Positions 34,101 through 49,100 of a stretch of 64,000 nucleotides of DNA are shown piece after piece (position 1 is the first letter of the stretch; each line of letters starts with the position of its first letter). The stretch is from the NCBI GenBank assembly GCA_040954595.2, contig JBECUI020000029.1, positions 62,001 through 126,000 on the forward strand. Reading direction: 5' to 3'. The position numbers and the translations under genes were made by a program. The DNA comes from Balanoglossus misakiensis. Lineage: Eukaryota > Animalia > Hemichordata. The notes beneath the pieces are model-generated. The model saw nothing but the letters and a program-made list of their open reading frames with translations. It was not told the origin of the DNA and searched no databases.

Positions 34101-37100
34101 TGCCAGCATTCATTCATGCGAGTGAGTGTAATTGCAAATTTGCCTATTCTAGATTCTTACGTGCCATTGGAGAGCTCCATTGACTGGTCATTCATACTGT
34201 TTTCATTCATTCATTGCGGCATCAATATATTTTATCTATTCTAGCCAAAGAGCTTGGCACCTGTTGAAATGAACTCATCTGCTGTGGGCCAGTTTATTGG
34301 TGGCAGTTGAGCTGAGGAGAGCACCTTCCTTCCCGGCACGCCACCAAGTAAAGTTCCACGCCGCCCACCACAGATGCCAGCATTCATTCATGCGAGTGAG
34401 TGTAATTGCAAATTTGCCTATTCTAGAATCTTACGTGCCATTGGAGAGCTCCATTGACTGGTCATTCATACTGTTTTCATTCATTCATTGCGGCATCAAT
34501 ATATTTTATCTATTCTAGCCAAAGAGCTTGGCACCTGTTGAAATGAACTCATCTGCTGTGGGCCAGTTTATTGGTGGCAGTTGAGCTGAGGAGAGCACCT
34601 TCCTTCCCGGCACGCCACCAAGTAAAGTTCCACGCCGCCCACCACAGATGCCAGCATTCATTCATGCGAGTGAGTGTAATTGCAAATTTGCCTATTCTAG
34701 ATCTGTAATGGAAATGGAGAAAGTACCTTATATTTTCTGTAAAATAGTGGCAAGCCGTCCTGCATCAATTATTAATTGTGTACATGCACTAAAGCGCCCT
34801 CACTGCTGGGTGTGTTGTATGGTCTTTAACCCTGTTTCAAATTAGAGTACTTTCTGCAATTTCAAGACAGATCTTACGTGCCATTGGAGAGCTCCATTGA
34901 CTGGTCATTCATACTGTTTTCATTCATTCATTGCGGCATCAATATATTTTATCTATTCTAGCCAAAGAGCTTGGCACCTGTTGAAATGAACTCATCTGCT
35001 GTGGGCCAGTTTATTGGTGGCAGTTGAGCTGAGGAGAGCACCTTCCTTCCCGGCACGCCACCAAGTAAAGTTCCACGCCGCCCACCACAGATGCCAGCAT
35101 TCATTCATGCGAGTGAGTGTAATTGCAAATTTGCCTATTCTAGATCTGTAATGGAAATGGAGAAAGTACCTTATATTTTCTGTAAAATAGACATTTAATT
35201 GGCAAGCCGTCCTGCATCAATTATTAATTGTGTACATGCACTAAAGCGCCCTCACTGCTGGGTGTGTTGTATGGTCTTTAACCCTGTTTCAAATTAGAGT
35301 ACTTTCTGCAATTTCAAGACAGATCTTACGTGCCATTGGAGAGCTCCATTGACTGGTCATTCATACTGTTTTCATTCATTCATTGCGGCATCAATATATT
35401 TTATCTATTCTAGCCAAAGAGCTTGGCACCTGTTGAAATGAACTCATCTGCTGTGGGCCAGTTTATTGGTGGCAGTTGAGCTGAGGAGAGCACCTTCCTT
35501 CCCGGCACGCCACCAAGTAAAGTTCCACGCCGCCCACCACAGATGCCAGCATTCATTCATGCGAGTGAGTGTAATTGCAAATTTGCCTATTCTAGATCTG
35601 TAATGGAAATGGAGAAAGTACCTTATATTTTCTGTAAAATAGACATTTAATTGGCAAGCCGTCCTGCATCAATTATTAATTGTGTACATGCACTAAAGCG
35701 CCCTCACTGCTGGGTGTGTTGTATGGTCTTTAACCCTGTTTCAAATTAGAGTACTTTCTGCAATTTCAAGACAGATCTTACGTGCCATTGGAGAGCTCCA
35801 TTGACTGGTCATTCATACTGTTTTCATTCATTCATTGCGGCATCAATATATTTTATCTATTCTAGCCAAAGAGCTTGGCACCTGTTGAAATGAACTCATC
35901 TGCTGTGGGCCAGTTTATTGGTGGCAGTTGAGCTGAGGAGAGCACCTTCCTTCCCGGCACGCCACCAAGTAAAGTTCCACGCCGCCCACCACAGATGCCA
36001 GCATTCATTCATGCGAGTGAGTGTAATTGCAAATTTGCCTATTCTAGATCTGTAATGGAAATGGAGAAAGTACCTTATATTTTCTGTAAAATAGACATTT
36101 AATTGGCAAGCCGTCCTGCATCAATTATTAATTGTGTACATGCACTAAAGCGCCCTCACTGCTGGGTGTGTTGTATGGTCTTTAACCCTGTTTCAAATTA
36201 GAGTACTTTCTGCAATTTCAAGACAGATCTTACGTGCCATTGGAGAGCTCCATTGACTGGTCATTCATACTGTTTTCATTCATTCATTGCGGCATCAATA
36301 TATTTTATCTATTCTAGCCAAAGAGCTTGGCACCTGTTGAAATGAACTCATCTGCTGTGGGCCAGTTTATTGGTGGCAGTTGAGCTGAGGAGAGCACCTT
36401 CCTTCCCGGCACGCCACCAAGTAAAGTTCCACGCCGCCCACCACAGATGCCAGCATTCATTCATGCGAGTGAGTGTAATTGCAAATTTGCCTATTCTAGA
36501 TCTGTAATGGAAATGGAGAAAGTACCTTATATTTTCTGTAAAATAGACATTTAATTGGCAAGCCGTCCTGCATCAATTATTAATTGTGTACATGCACTAA
36601 AGCGCCCTCACTGCTGGGTGTGTTGTATGGTCTTTAACCCTGTTTCAAATTAGAGTACTTTCTGCAATTTCAAGACAGATCTTACGTGCCATTGGAGAGC
36701 TCCATTGACTGGTCATTCATACTGTTTTCATTCATTCATTGCGGCATCAATATATTTTATCTATTCTAGCCAAAGAGCTTGGCACCTGTTGAAATGAACT
36801 CATCTGCTGTGGGCCAGTTTATTGGTGGCAGTTGAGCTGAGGAGAGCACCTTCCTTCCCGGCACGCCACCAAGTAAAGTTCCACGCCGCCCACCACAGAT
36901 GCCAGCATTCATTCATGCGAGTGAGTGTAATTGCAAATTTGCCTATTCTAGATCTGTAATGGAAATGGAGAAAGTACCTTATATTTTCTGTAAAATAGAC
37001 ATTTAATTGGCAAGCCGTCCTGCATCAATTATTAATTGTGTACATGCACTAAAGCGCCCTCACTGCTGGGTGTGTTGTATGGTCTTTAACCCTGTTTCAA

Positions 37101-40100
37101 ATTAGAGTACTTTCTGCAATTTCAAGACAGATCTTACGTGCCATTGGAGAGCTCCATTGACTGGTCATTCATACTGTTTTCATTCATTCATTGCGGCATC
37201 AATATATTTTATCTATTCTAGCCAAAGAGCTTGGCACCTGTTGAAATGAACTCATCTGCTGTGGGCCAGTTTATTGGTGGCAGTTGAGCTGAGGAGAGCA
37301 CCTTCTTTCCCGGCACGCCACCAAGTAAAGTTCCACGCCGCCCACCACAGATGCCAGCATTCATTCATGCGAGTGAGTGTAATTGCAAATTTGCCTATTC
37401 TAGAATCTTACGTGCCATTGGAGAGCTCCATTGACTGGTCATTCATACTGTTTTCATTCATTCATTGCGGCATCAATATATTTTATCTATTCTAGCCAAA
37501 GAGCTTGGCACCTGTTGAAATGAACTCATCTGCTGTGGGCCAGTTTATTGGTGGCAGTTGAGCTGAGGAGAGCACCTTCCTTCCCGGCACGCCACCAAGT
37601 AAAGTTCCACGCCGCCCACCACAGATGCCAGCATTCATTCATGCGAGTGAGTGTAATTGCAAATTTGCCTATTCTAGATCTGTAATGGAAATGGAGAAAG
37701 TACCTTATATTTTCTGTAAAATAGACATTTAATTGGCAAGCCGTCCTGCATCAATTATTAATTGTGTACATGCACTAAAGCGCCCTCACTGCTGGGTGTG
37801 TTGTATGGTCTTTAACCCTGTTTCAAATTAGAGTACTTTCTGCAATTTCAAGACAGATCTTACGTGCCATTGGAGAGCTCCATTGACTGGTCATTCATAC
37901 TGTTTTCATTCATTCATTGCGGCATCAATATATTTTATCTATTCTAGCCAAAGAGCTTGGCACCTGTTGAAATGAACTCATCTGCTGTGGGCCAGTTTAT
38001 TGGTGGCAGTTGAGCTGAGGAGAGCACCTTCCTTCCCGGCACGCCACCAAGTAAAGTTCCACGCCGCCCACCACAGATGCCAGCATTCATTCATGCGAGT
38101 GAGTGTAATTGCAAATTTGCCTATTCTAGATCTGTAATGGAAATGGAGAAAGTACCTTATATTTTCTGTAAAATAGACATTTAATTGGCAAGCCGTCCTG
38201 CATCAATTATTAATTGTGTACATGCACTAAAGCGCCCTCACTGCTGGGTGTGTTGTATGGTCTTTAACCCTGTTTCAAATTAGAGTACTTTCTGCAATTT
38301 CAAGACAGATCTTACGTGCCATTGGAGAGCTCCATTGACTGGTCATTCATACTGTTTTCATTCATTCATTGCGGCATCAATATATTTTATCTATTCTAGC
38401 CAAAGAGCTTGGCACCTGTTGAAATGAACTCATCTGCTGTGGGCCAGTTTATTGGTGGCAGTTGAGCTGAGGAGAGCACCTTCTTTCCCGGCACGCCACC
38501 AAGTAAAGTTCCACGCCGCCCACCACAGATGCCAGCATTCATTCATGCGAGTGAGTGTAATTGCAAATTTGCCTATTCTAGATCTGTAATGGAAATGGAG
38601 AAAGTACCTTATATTTTCTGTAAAATAGACATTTAATTGGCAAGCCGTCCTGCATCAATTATTAATTGTGTACATGCACTAAAGCGCCCTCACTGCTGGG
38701 TGTGTTGTATGGTCTTTAACCCTGTTTCAAATTAGAGTACTTTCTGCAATTTCAAGACAGATCTTACGTGCCATTGGAGAGCTCCATTGACTGGTCATTC
38801 ATACTGTTTTCATTCATTCATTGCGGCATCAATATATTTTATCTATTCTAGCCAAAGAGCTTGGCACCTGTTGAAATGAACTCATCTGCTGTGGGCCAGT
38901 TTATTGGTGGCAGTTGAGCTGAGGAGAGCACCTTCCTTCCCGGCACGCCACCAAGTAAAGTTCCACGCCGCCCACCACAGATGCCAGCATTCATTCATGC
39001 GAGTGAGTGTAATTGCAAATTTGCCTATTCTAGATCTGTAATGGAAATGGAGAAAGTACCTTATATTTTCTGTAAAATAGACATTTAATTGGCAAGCCGT
39101 CCTGCATCAATTATTAATTGTGTACATGCACTAAAGCGCCCTCACTGCTGGGTGTGTTGTATGGTCTTTAACCCTGTTTCAAATTAGAGTACTTTCTGCA
39201 ATTTCAAGACAGATCTTACGTGCCATTGGAGAGCTCCATTGACTGGTCATTCATACTGTTTTCATTCATTCATTGCGGCATCAATATATTTTATCTATTC
39301 TAGCCAAAGAGCTTGGCACCTGTTGAAATGAACTCATCTGCTGTGGGCCAGTTTATTGGTGGCAGTTGAGCTGAGGAGAGCACCTTCCTTCCCGGCACGC
39401 CACCAAGTAAAGTTCCACGCCGCCCACCACAGATGCCAGCATTCATTCATGCGAGTGAGTGTAATTGCAAATTTGCCTATTCTAGAATTCTTACGTGCCA
39501 TTGGAGAGCTCCATTGACTGGTCATTCATACTGTTTTCATTCATTCATTGCGGCATCAATATATTTTATCTATTCTAGCCAAAGAGCTTGGCACCTGTTG
39601 AAATGAACTCATCTGCTGTGGGCCAGTTTATTGGTGGCAGTTGAGCTGAGGAGAGCACCTTCCTTCCCGGCACGCCACCAAGTAAAGTTCCACGCCGCCC
39701 ACCACAGATGCCAGCATTCATTCATGCGAGTGAGTGTAATTGCAAATTTGCCTATTCTAGATCTGTAATGGAAATGGAGAAAGTACCTTATATTTTCTGT
39801 AAAATAGACATTTAATTGGCAAGCCGTCCTGCATCAATTATTAATTGTGTACATGCACTAAAGCGCCCTCACTGCTGGGTGTGTTGTATGGTCTTTAACC
39901 CTGTTTCAAATTAGAGTACTTTCTGCAATTTCAAGACAGATCTTACGTGCCATTGGAGAGCTCCATTGACTGGTCATTCATACTGTTTTCATTCATTCAT
40001 TGCGGCATCAATATATTTTATCTATTCTAGCCAAAGAGCTTGGCACCTGTTGAAATGAACTCATCTGCTGTGGGCCAGTTTATTGGTGGCAGTTGAGCTG

Positions 40101-43100
40101 AGGAGAGCACCTTCTTTCCCGGCACGCCACCAAGTAAAGTTCCACGCCGCCCACCACAGATGCCAGCATTCATTCATGCGAGTGAGTGTAATTGCAAATT
40201 TGCCTATTCTAGAATCTTACGTGCCATTGGAGAGCTCCATTGACTGGTCATTCATACTGTTTTCATTCATTCATTGCGGCATCAATATATTTTATCTATT
40301 CTAGCCAAAGAGCTTGGCACCTGTTGAAATGAACTCATCTGCTGTGGGCCAGTTTATTGGTGGCAGTTGAGCTGAGGAGAGCACCTTCTTTCCCGGCACG
40401 CCACCAAGTAAAGTTCCACGCCGCCCACCACAGATGCCAGCATTCATTCATGCGAGTGAGTGTAATTGCAAATTTGCCTATTTACGTGCCATTGGAGAGC
40501 TCCATTGACTGGTCATTCATACTGTTTTCATTCATTCATTGCGGCATCAATATATTTTATCTATTCTAGCCAAAGAGCTTGGCACCTGTTGAAATGAACT
40601 CATCTGCTGTGGGCCAGTTTATTGGTGGCAGTTGAGCTGAGGAGAGCACCTTCCTTCCCGGCACGCCACCAAGTAAAGTTCCACGCCGCCCACCACAGAT
40701 GCCAGCATTCATTCATGCGAGTGAGTGTAATTGCAAATTTGCCTATTCTAGATCTGTAATGGAAATGGAGAAAGTACCTTATATTTTCTGTAAAATAGAC
40801 ATTTAATTGGCAAGCCGTCCTGCATCAATTATTAATTGTGTACATGCACTAAAGCGCCCTCACTGCTGGGTGTGTTGTATGGTCTTTAACCCTGTTTCAA
40901 ATTAGAGTACTTTCTGCAATTTCAAGACAGATCTTACGTGCCATTGGAGAGCTCCATTGACTGGTCATTCATACTGTTTTCATTCATTCATTGCGGCATC
41001 AATATATTTTATCTATTCTAGCCAAAGAGCTTGGCACCTGTTGAAATGAACTCATCTGCTGTGGGCCAGTTTATTGGTGGCAGTTGAGCTGAGGAGAGCA
41101 CCTTCTTTCCCGGCACGCCACCAAGTAAAGTTCCACGCCGCCCACCACAGATGCCAGCATTCATTCATGCGAGTGAGTGTAATTGCAAATTTGCCTATTC
41201 TAGAATCTTACGTGCCATTGGAGAGCTCCATTGACTGGTCATTCATACTGTTTTCATTTATTCATTGCGGCATCAATATATTTTATCTATTCTAGCCAAA
41301 GAGCTTGGCACCTGTTGAAATGAACTCATCTGCTGTGGGCCAGTTTATTGGTGGCAGTTGAGCTGAGGAGAGCACCTTCTTTCCCGGCACGCCACCAAGT
41401 AAAGTTCCACGCCGCCCACCACAGATGCCAGCATTCATTCATGCGAGTGAGTGTAATTGCAAATTTGCCTATTCTAGAATCTTACGTGCCATTGGAGAGC
41501 TCCATTGACTGGTCATTCATACTGTTTTCATTCATTCATTGCAGCATCAATATATTTTATCTATTCTAGCCAAAGAGCTTGGCACCTGTTGAAATGAACT
41601 CATCTGCTGTGGGCCAGTTTATTGGTGGCAGTTGAGCTGAGGAGAGCACCTTCCTTCCCGGCACGCCACCAAGTAAAGTTCCACGCCGCCCACCACAGAT
41701 GCCAGCATTCATTCATGCGAGTGAGTGTAATTGCAAATTTGCCTATTCTAGAATCTTACGTGCCATTGGAGAGCTCCATTGACTGGTCATTCATACTGTT
41801 TTCATTCATTCATTGCGGCATCAATATATTTTATCTATTCTAGCCAAAGAGCTTGGCACCTGTTGAAATGAACTCATCTGCTGTGGGCCAGTTTATTGGT
41901 GGCAGTTGAGCTGAGGAGAGCACCTTCCTTCCCGGCACGCCACCAAGTAAAGTTCCACGCCGCCCACCACAGATGCCAGCATTCATTCATGCGAGTGAGT
42001 GTAATTGCAAATTTGCCTATTCTAGAATCTTACGTGCCATTGGAGAGCTCCATTGACTGGTCATTCATACTGTTTTCATTCATTCATTGCGGCATCAATA
42101 TATTTTATCTATTCTAGCCGAAGAGCTTGGCACCTGTTGAAATGAACTCATCTGCTGTGGGCCAGTTTATTGGTGGCAGTTGAGCTGAGGAGAGCACCTT
42201 CCTTCCCGGCACGCCACCAAGTAAAGTTCCACGCCGCCCACCACAGATGCCAGCATTCATTCATGCGAGTGAGTGTAATTGCAAATTTGCCTATTCTAGA
42301 TCTGTAATGGAAATGGAGAAAGTACCTTATATTTTCTGTAAAATAGACATTTAATTGGCAAGCCGTCCTGCATCAATTATTAATTGTGTACATGCACTAA
42401 AGCGCCCTCACTGCTGGGTGTGTTGTATGGTCTTTAACCCTGTTTCAAATTAGAGTACTTTCTGCAATTTCAAGACAGATCTTACGTGCCATTGGAGAGC
42501 TCCATTGACTGGTCATTCATACTGTTTTCATTCATTCATTGCGGCATCAATATATTTTATCTATTCTAGCCAAAGAGCTTGGCACCTGTTGAAATGAACT
42601 CATCTGCTGTGGGCCAGTTTATTGGTGGCAGTTGAGCTGAGGAGAGCACCTTCCTTCCCGGCACGCCACCAAGTAAAGTTCCACGCCGCCCACCACAGAT
42701 GCCAGCATTCATTCATGCGAGTGAGTGTAATTGCAAATTTGCCTATTCTAGATTCTTACGTGCCATTGGAGAGCTCCATTGACTGGTCATTCATACTGTT
42801 TTCATTCATTCATTGCGGCATCAATATATTTTATCTATTCTAGCCAAAGAGCTTGGCACCTGTTGAAATGAACTCATCTGCTGTGGGCCAGTTTATTGGT
42901 GGCAGTTGAGCTGAGGAGAGCACCTTCCTTCCCGGCACGCCACCAAGTAAAGTTCCACGCCGCCCACCACAGATGCCAGCATTCATTCATGCGAGTGAGT
43001 GTAATTGCAAATTTGCCTATTCTAGAATCTTACGTGCCATTGGAGAGCTCCATTGACTGGTCATTCATACTGTTTTCATTCATTCATTGCGGCATCAATA

Positions 43101-46100
43101 TATTTTATCTATTCTAGCCAAAGAGCTTGGCACCTGTTGAAATGAACTCATCTGCTGTGGGCCAGTTTATTGGTGGCAGTTGAGCTGAGGAGAGCACCTT
43201 CCTTCCCGGCACGCCACCAAGTAAAGTTCCACGCCGCCCACCACAGATGCCAGCATTCATTCATGCGAGTGAGTGTAATTGCAAATTTGCCTATTCTAGA
43301 TCTGTAATGGAAATGGAGAAAGTACCTTATATTTTCTGTAAAATAGACATTTAATTGGCAAGCCGTCCTGCATCAATTATTAATTGTGTACATGCACTAA
43401 AGCGCCCTCACTGCTGGGTGTGTTGTATGGTCTTTAACCCTGTTTCAAATTAGAGTACTTTCTGCAATTTCAAGACAGATCTTACGTGCCATTGGAGAGC
43501 TCCATTGACTGGTCATTCATACTGTTTTCATTCATTCATTGCGGCATCAATATATTTTATCTATTCTAGCCAAAGAGCTTGGCACCTGTTGAAATGAACT
43601 CATCTGCTGTGGGCCAGTTTATTGGTGGCAGTTGAGCTGAGGAGAGCACCTTCCTTCCCGGCACGCCACCAAGTAAAGTTCCACGCCGCCCACCACAGAT
43701 GCCAGCATTCATTCATGCGAGTGAGTGTAATTGCAAATTTGCCTATTCTAGATCTGTAATGGAAATGGAGAAAGTACCTTATATTTTCTGTAAAATAGAC
43801 ATTTAATTGGCAAGCCGTCCTGCATCAATTATTAATTGTGTACATGCACTAAAGCGCCCTCACTGCTGGGTGTGTTGTATGGTCTTTAACCCTGTTTCAA
43901 ATTAGAGTACTTTCTGCAATTTCAAGACAGATCTTACGTGCCATTGGAGAGCTCCATTGACTGGTCATTCATACTGTTTTCATTCATTCATTGCGGCATC
44001 AATATATTTTATCTATTCTAGCCAAAGAGCTTGGCACCTGTTGAAATGAACTCATCTGCTGTGGGCCAGTTTATTGGTGGCAGTTGAGCTGAGGAGAGCA
44101 CCTTCCTTCCCGGCACGCCACCAAGTAAAGTTCCACGCCGCCCACCACAGATGCCAGCATTCATTCATGCGAGTGAGTGTAATTGCAAATTTGCCTATTC
44201 TAGATCTGTAATGGAAATGGAGAAAGTACCTTATATTTTCTGTAAAATAGACATTTAATTGGCAAGCCGTCCTGCATCAATTATTAATTGTGTACATGCA
44301 CTAAAGCGCCCTCACTGCTGGGTGTGTTGTATGGTCTTTAACCCTGTTTCAAATTAGAGTACTTTCTGCAATTTCAAGACAGATCTTACGTGCCATTGGA
44401 GAGCTCCATTGACTGGTCATTCATACTGTTTTCATTCATTCATTGCGGCATCAATATATTTTATCTATTCTAGCCAAAGAGCTTGGCACCTGTTGAAATG
44501 AACTCATCTGCTGTGGGCCAGTTTATTGGTGGCAGTTGAGCTGAGGAGAGCACCTTCCTTCCCGGCACGCCACCAAGTAAAGTTCCACGCCGCCCACCAC
44601 AGATGCCAGCATTCATTCATGCGAGTGAGTGTAATTGCAAATTTGCCTATTCTAGATCTGTAATGGAAATGGAGAAAGTACCTTATATTTTCTGTAAAAT
44701 AGACATTTAATTGGCAAGCCGTCCTGCATCAATTATTAATTGTGTACATGCACTAAAGCGCCCTCACTGCTGGGTGTGTTGTATGGTCTTTAACCCTGTT
44801 TCAAATTAGAGTACTTTCTGCAATTTCAAGACAGATCTTACGTGCCATTGTAGAGCTCCATTGACTGGTCATTCATACTGTTTTCATTCATTCATTGCGG
44901 CATCAATATATTTTATCTATTCTAGCCAAAGAGCTTGGCACCTGTTGAAATGAACTCATCTGCTGTGGGCCAGTTTATTGGTGGCAGTTGAGCTGAGGAG
45001 AGCACCTTCCTTCCCGGCACGCCACCAAGTAAAGTTCCACGCCGCCCACCACAGATGCCAGCATTCATTCATGCGAGTGAGTGTAATTGCAAATTTGCCT
45101 ATTCTAGAATTCTTACGTGCCATTGGAGAGCTCCATTGACTGGTCATTCATACTGTTTTCATTCATTCATTGCGGCATCAATATATTTTATCTATTCTAG
45201 CCAAAGAGCTTGGCACCTGTTGAAATGAACTCATCTGCTGTGGGCCAGTTTATTGGTGGCAGTTGAGCTGAGGAGAGCACCTTCCTTCCCGGCACGCCAC
45301 CAAGTAAAGTTCCACGCCGCCCACCACAGATGCCAGCATTCATTCATGCGAGTGAGTGTAATTGCAAATTTGCCTATTCTAGATCTGTAATGGAAATGGA
45401 GAAAGTACCTTATATTTTCTGTAAAATAGACATTTAATTGGCAAGCCGTCCTGCATCAATTATTAATTGTGTACATGCACTAAAGCGCCCTCACTGCTGG
45501 GTGTGTTGTATGGTCTTTAACCCTGTTTCAAATTAGAGTACTTTCTGCAATTTCAAGACAGATCTTACGTGCCATTGGAGAGCTCCATTGACTGGTCATT
45601 CATACTGTTTTCATTCATTCATTGCGGCATCAATATATTTTATCTATTCTAGCCAAAGAGCTTGGCACCTGTTGAAATGAACTCATCTGCTGTGGGCCAG
45701 TTTATTGGTGGCAGTTGAGCTGAGGAGAGCACCTTCTTTCCCGGCACGCCACCAAGTAAAGTTCCACGCCGCCCACCACAGATGCCAGCATTCATTCATG
45801 CGAGTGAGTGTAATTGCAAATTTGCCTATTCTAGAATCTTACGTGCCATTGGAGAGCTCCATTGACTGGTCATTCATACTGTTTTCATTCATTCATTGCG
45901 GCATCAATATATTTTATCTATTCTAGCCAAAGAGCTTGGCACCTGTTGAAATGAACTCATCTGCTGTGGGCCAGTTTATTGGTGGCAGTTGAGCTGAGGA
46001 GAGCACCTTCTTTCCCGGCACGCCACCAAGTAAAGTTCCACGCCGCCCACCACAGATGCCAGCATTCATTCATGCGAGTGAGTGTAATTGCAAATTTGCC

Positions 46101-49100
46101 TATTTACGTGCCATTGGAGAGCTCCATTGACTGGTCATTCATACTGTTTTCATTCATTCATTGCGGCATCAATATATTTTATCTATTCTAGCCAAAGAGC
46201 TTGGCACCTGTTGAAATGAACTCATCTGCTGTGGGCCAGTTTATTGGTGGCAGTTGAGCTGAGGAGAGCACCTTCCTTCCCGGCACGCCACCAAGTAAAG
46301 TTCCACGCCGCCCACCACAGATGCCAGCATTCATTCATGCGAGTGAGTGTAATTGCAAATTTGCCTATTCTAGATCTGTAATGGAAATGGAGAAAGTACC
46401 TTATATTTTCTGTAAAATAGACATTTAATTGGCAAGCCGTCCTGCATCAATTATTAATTGTGTACATGCACTAAAGCGCCCTCACTGCTGGGTGTGTTGT
46501 ATGGTCTTTAACCCTGTTTCAAATTAGAGTACTTTCTGCAATTTCAAGACAGATCTTACGTGCCATTGGAGAGCTCCATTGACTGGTCATTCATACTGTT
46601 TTCATTCATTCATTGCGGCATCAATATATTTTATCTATTCTAGCCAAAGAGCTTGGCACCTGTTGAAATGAACTCATCTGCTGTGGGCCAGTTTATTGGT
46701 GGCAGTTGAGCTGAGGAGAGCACCTTCTTTCCCGGCACGCCACCAAGTAAAGTTCCACGCCGCCCACCACAGATGCCAGCATTCATTCATGCGAGTGAGT
46801 GTAATTGCAAATTTGCCTATTCTAGAATCTTACGTGCCATTGGAGAGCTCCATTGACTGGTCATTCATACTGTTTTCATTCATTCATTGCGGCATCAATA
46901 TATTTTATCTATTCTAGCCAAAGAGCTTGGCACCTGTTGAAATGAACTCATCTGCTGTGGGCCAGTTTATTGGTGGCAGTTGAGCTGAGGAGAGCACCTT
47001 CTTTCCCGGCACGCCACCAAGTAAAGTTCCACGCCGCCCACCACAGATGCCAGCATTCATTCATGCGAGTGAGTGTAATTGCAAATTTGCCTATTCTAGA
47101 ATCTTACGTGCCATTGGAGAGCTCCATTGACTGGTCATTCATACTGTTTTCATTCATTCATTGCGGCATCAATATATTTTATCTATTCTAGCCAAAGAGC
47201 TTGGCACCTGTTGAAATGAACTCATCTGCTGTGGGCCAGTTTATTGGTGGCAGTTGAGCTGAGGAGAGCACCTTCCTTCCCGGCACGCCACCAAGTAAAG
47301 TTCCACGCCGCCCACCACAGATGCCAGCATTCATTCATGCGAGTGAGTGTAATTGCAAATTTGCCTATTCTAGAATCTTACGTGCCATTGGAGAGCTCCA
47401 TTGACTGGTCATTCATACTGTTTTCATTCATTCATTGCGGCATCAATATATTTTATCTATTCTAGCCAAAGAGCTTGGCACCTGTTGAAATGAACTCATC
47501 TGCTGTGGGCCAGTTTATTGGTGGCAGTTGAGCTGAGGAGAGCACCTTCCTTCCCGGCACGCCACCAAGTAAAGTTCCACGCCGCCCACCACAGATGCCA
47601 GCATTCATTCATGCGAGTGAGTGTAATTGCAAATTTGCCTATTCTAGAATCTTACGTGCCATTGGAGAGCTCCATTGACTGGTCATTCATACTGTTTTCA
47701 TTCATTCATTGCGGCATCAATATATTTTATCTATTCTAGCCGAAGAGCTTGGCACCTGTTGAAATGAACTCATCTGCTGTGGGCCAGTTTATTGGTGGCA
47801 GTTGAGCTGAGGAGAGCACCTTCCTTCCCGGCACGCCACCAAGTAAAGTTCCACGCCGCCCACCACAGATGCCAGCATTCATTCATGCGAGTGAGTGTAA
47901 TTGCAAATTTGCCTATTCTAGATCTGTAATGGAAATGGAGAAAGTACCTTATATTTTCTGTAAAATAGACATTTAATTGGCAAGCCGTCCTGCATCAATT
48001 ATTAATTGTGTACATGCACTAAAGCGCCCTCACTGCTGGGTGTGTTGTATGGTCTTTAACCCTGTTTCAAATTAGAGTACTTTCTGCAATTTCAAGACAG
48101 ATCTTACGTGCCATTGGAGAGCTCCATTGACTGGTCATTCATACTGTTTTCATTCATTCATTGCGGCATCAATATATTTTATCTATTCTAGCCAAAGAGC
48201 TTGGCACCTGTTGAAATGAACTCATCTGCTGTGGGCCAGTTTATTGGTGGCAGTTGAGCTGAGGAGAGCACCTTCCTTCCCGGCACGCCACCAAGTAAAG
48301 TTCCACGCCGCCCACCACAGATGCCAGCATTCATTCATGCGAGTGAGTGTAATTGCAAATTTGCCTATTCTAGATTCTTACGTGCCATTGGAGAGCTCCA
48401 TTGACTGGTCATTCATACTGTTTTCATTCATTCATTGCGGCATCAATATATTTTATCTATTCTAGCCAAAGAGCTTGGCACCTGTTGAAATGAACTCATC
48501 TGCTGTGGGCCAGTTTATTGGTGGCAGTTGAGCTGAGGAGAGCACCTTCCTTCCCGGCACGCCACCAAGTAAAGTTCCACGCCGCCCACCACAGATGCCA
48601 GCATTCATTCATGCGAGTGAGTGTAATTGCAAATTTGCCTATTCTAGAATCTTACGTGCCATTGGAGAGCTCCATTGACTGGTCATTCATACTGTTTTCA
48701 TTCATTCATTGCGGCATCAATATATTTTATCTATTCTAGCCAAAGAGCTTGGCACCTGTTGAAATGAACTCATCTGCTGTGGGCCAGTTTATTGGTGGCA
48801 GTTGAGCTGAGGAGAGCACCTTCCTTCCCGGCACGCCACCAAGTAAAGTTCCACGCCGCCCACCACAGATGCCAGCATTCATTCATGCGAGTGAGTGTAA
48901 TTGCAAATTTGCCTATTCTAGATCTGTAATGGAAATGGAGAAAGTACCTTATATTTTCTGTAAAATAGACATTTAATTGGCAAGCCGTCCTGCATCAATT
49001 ATTAATTGTGTACATGCACTAAAGCGCCCTCACTGCTGGGTGTGTTGTATGGTCTTTAACCCTGTTTCAAATTAGAGTACTTTCTGCAATTTCAAGACAG

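Noticed and set aside
34648-34845. Unique 65-aa ORF within the array
   Set aside because: It arises from a single 9-bp deletion (acatttaat) that removes a stop codon in one monomer.
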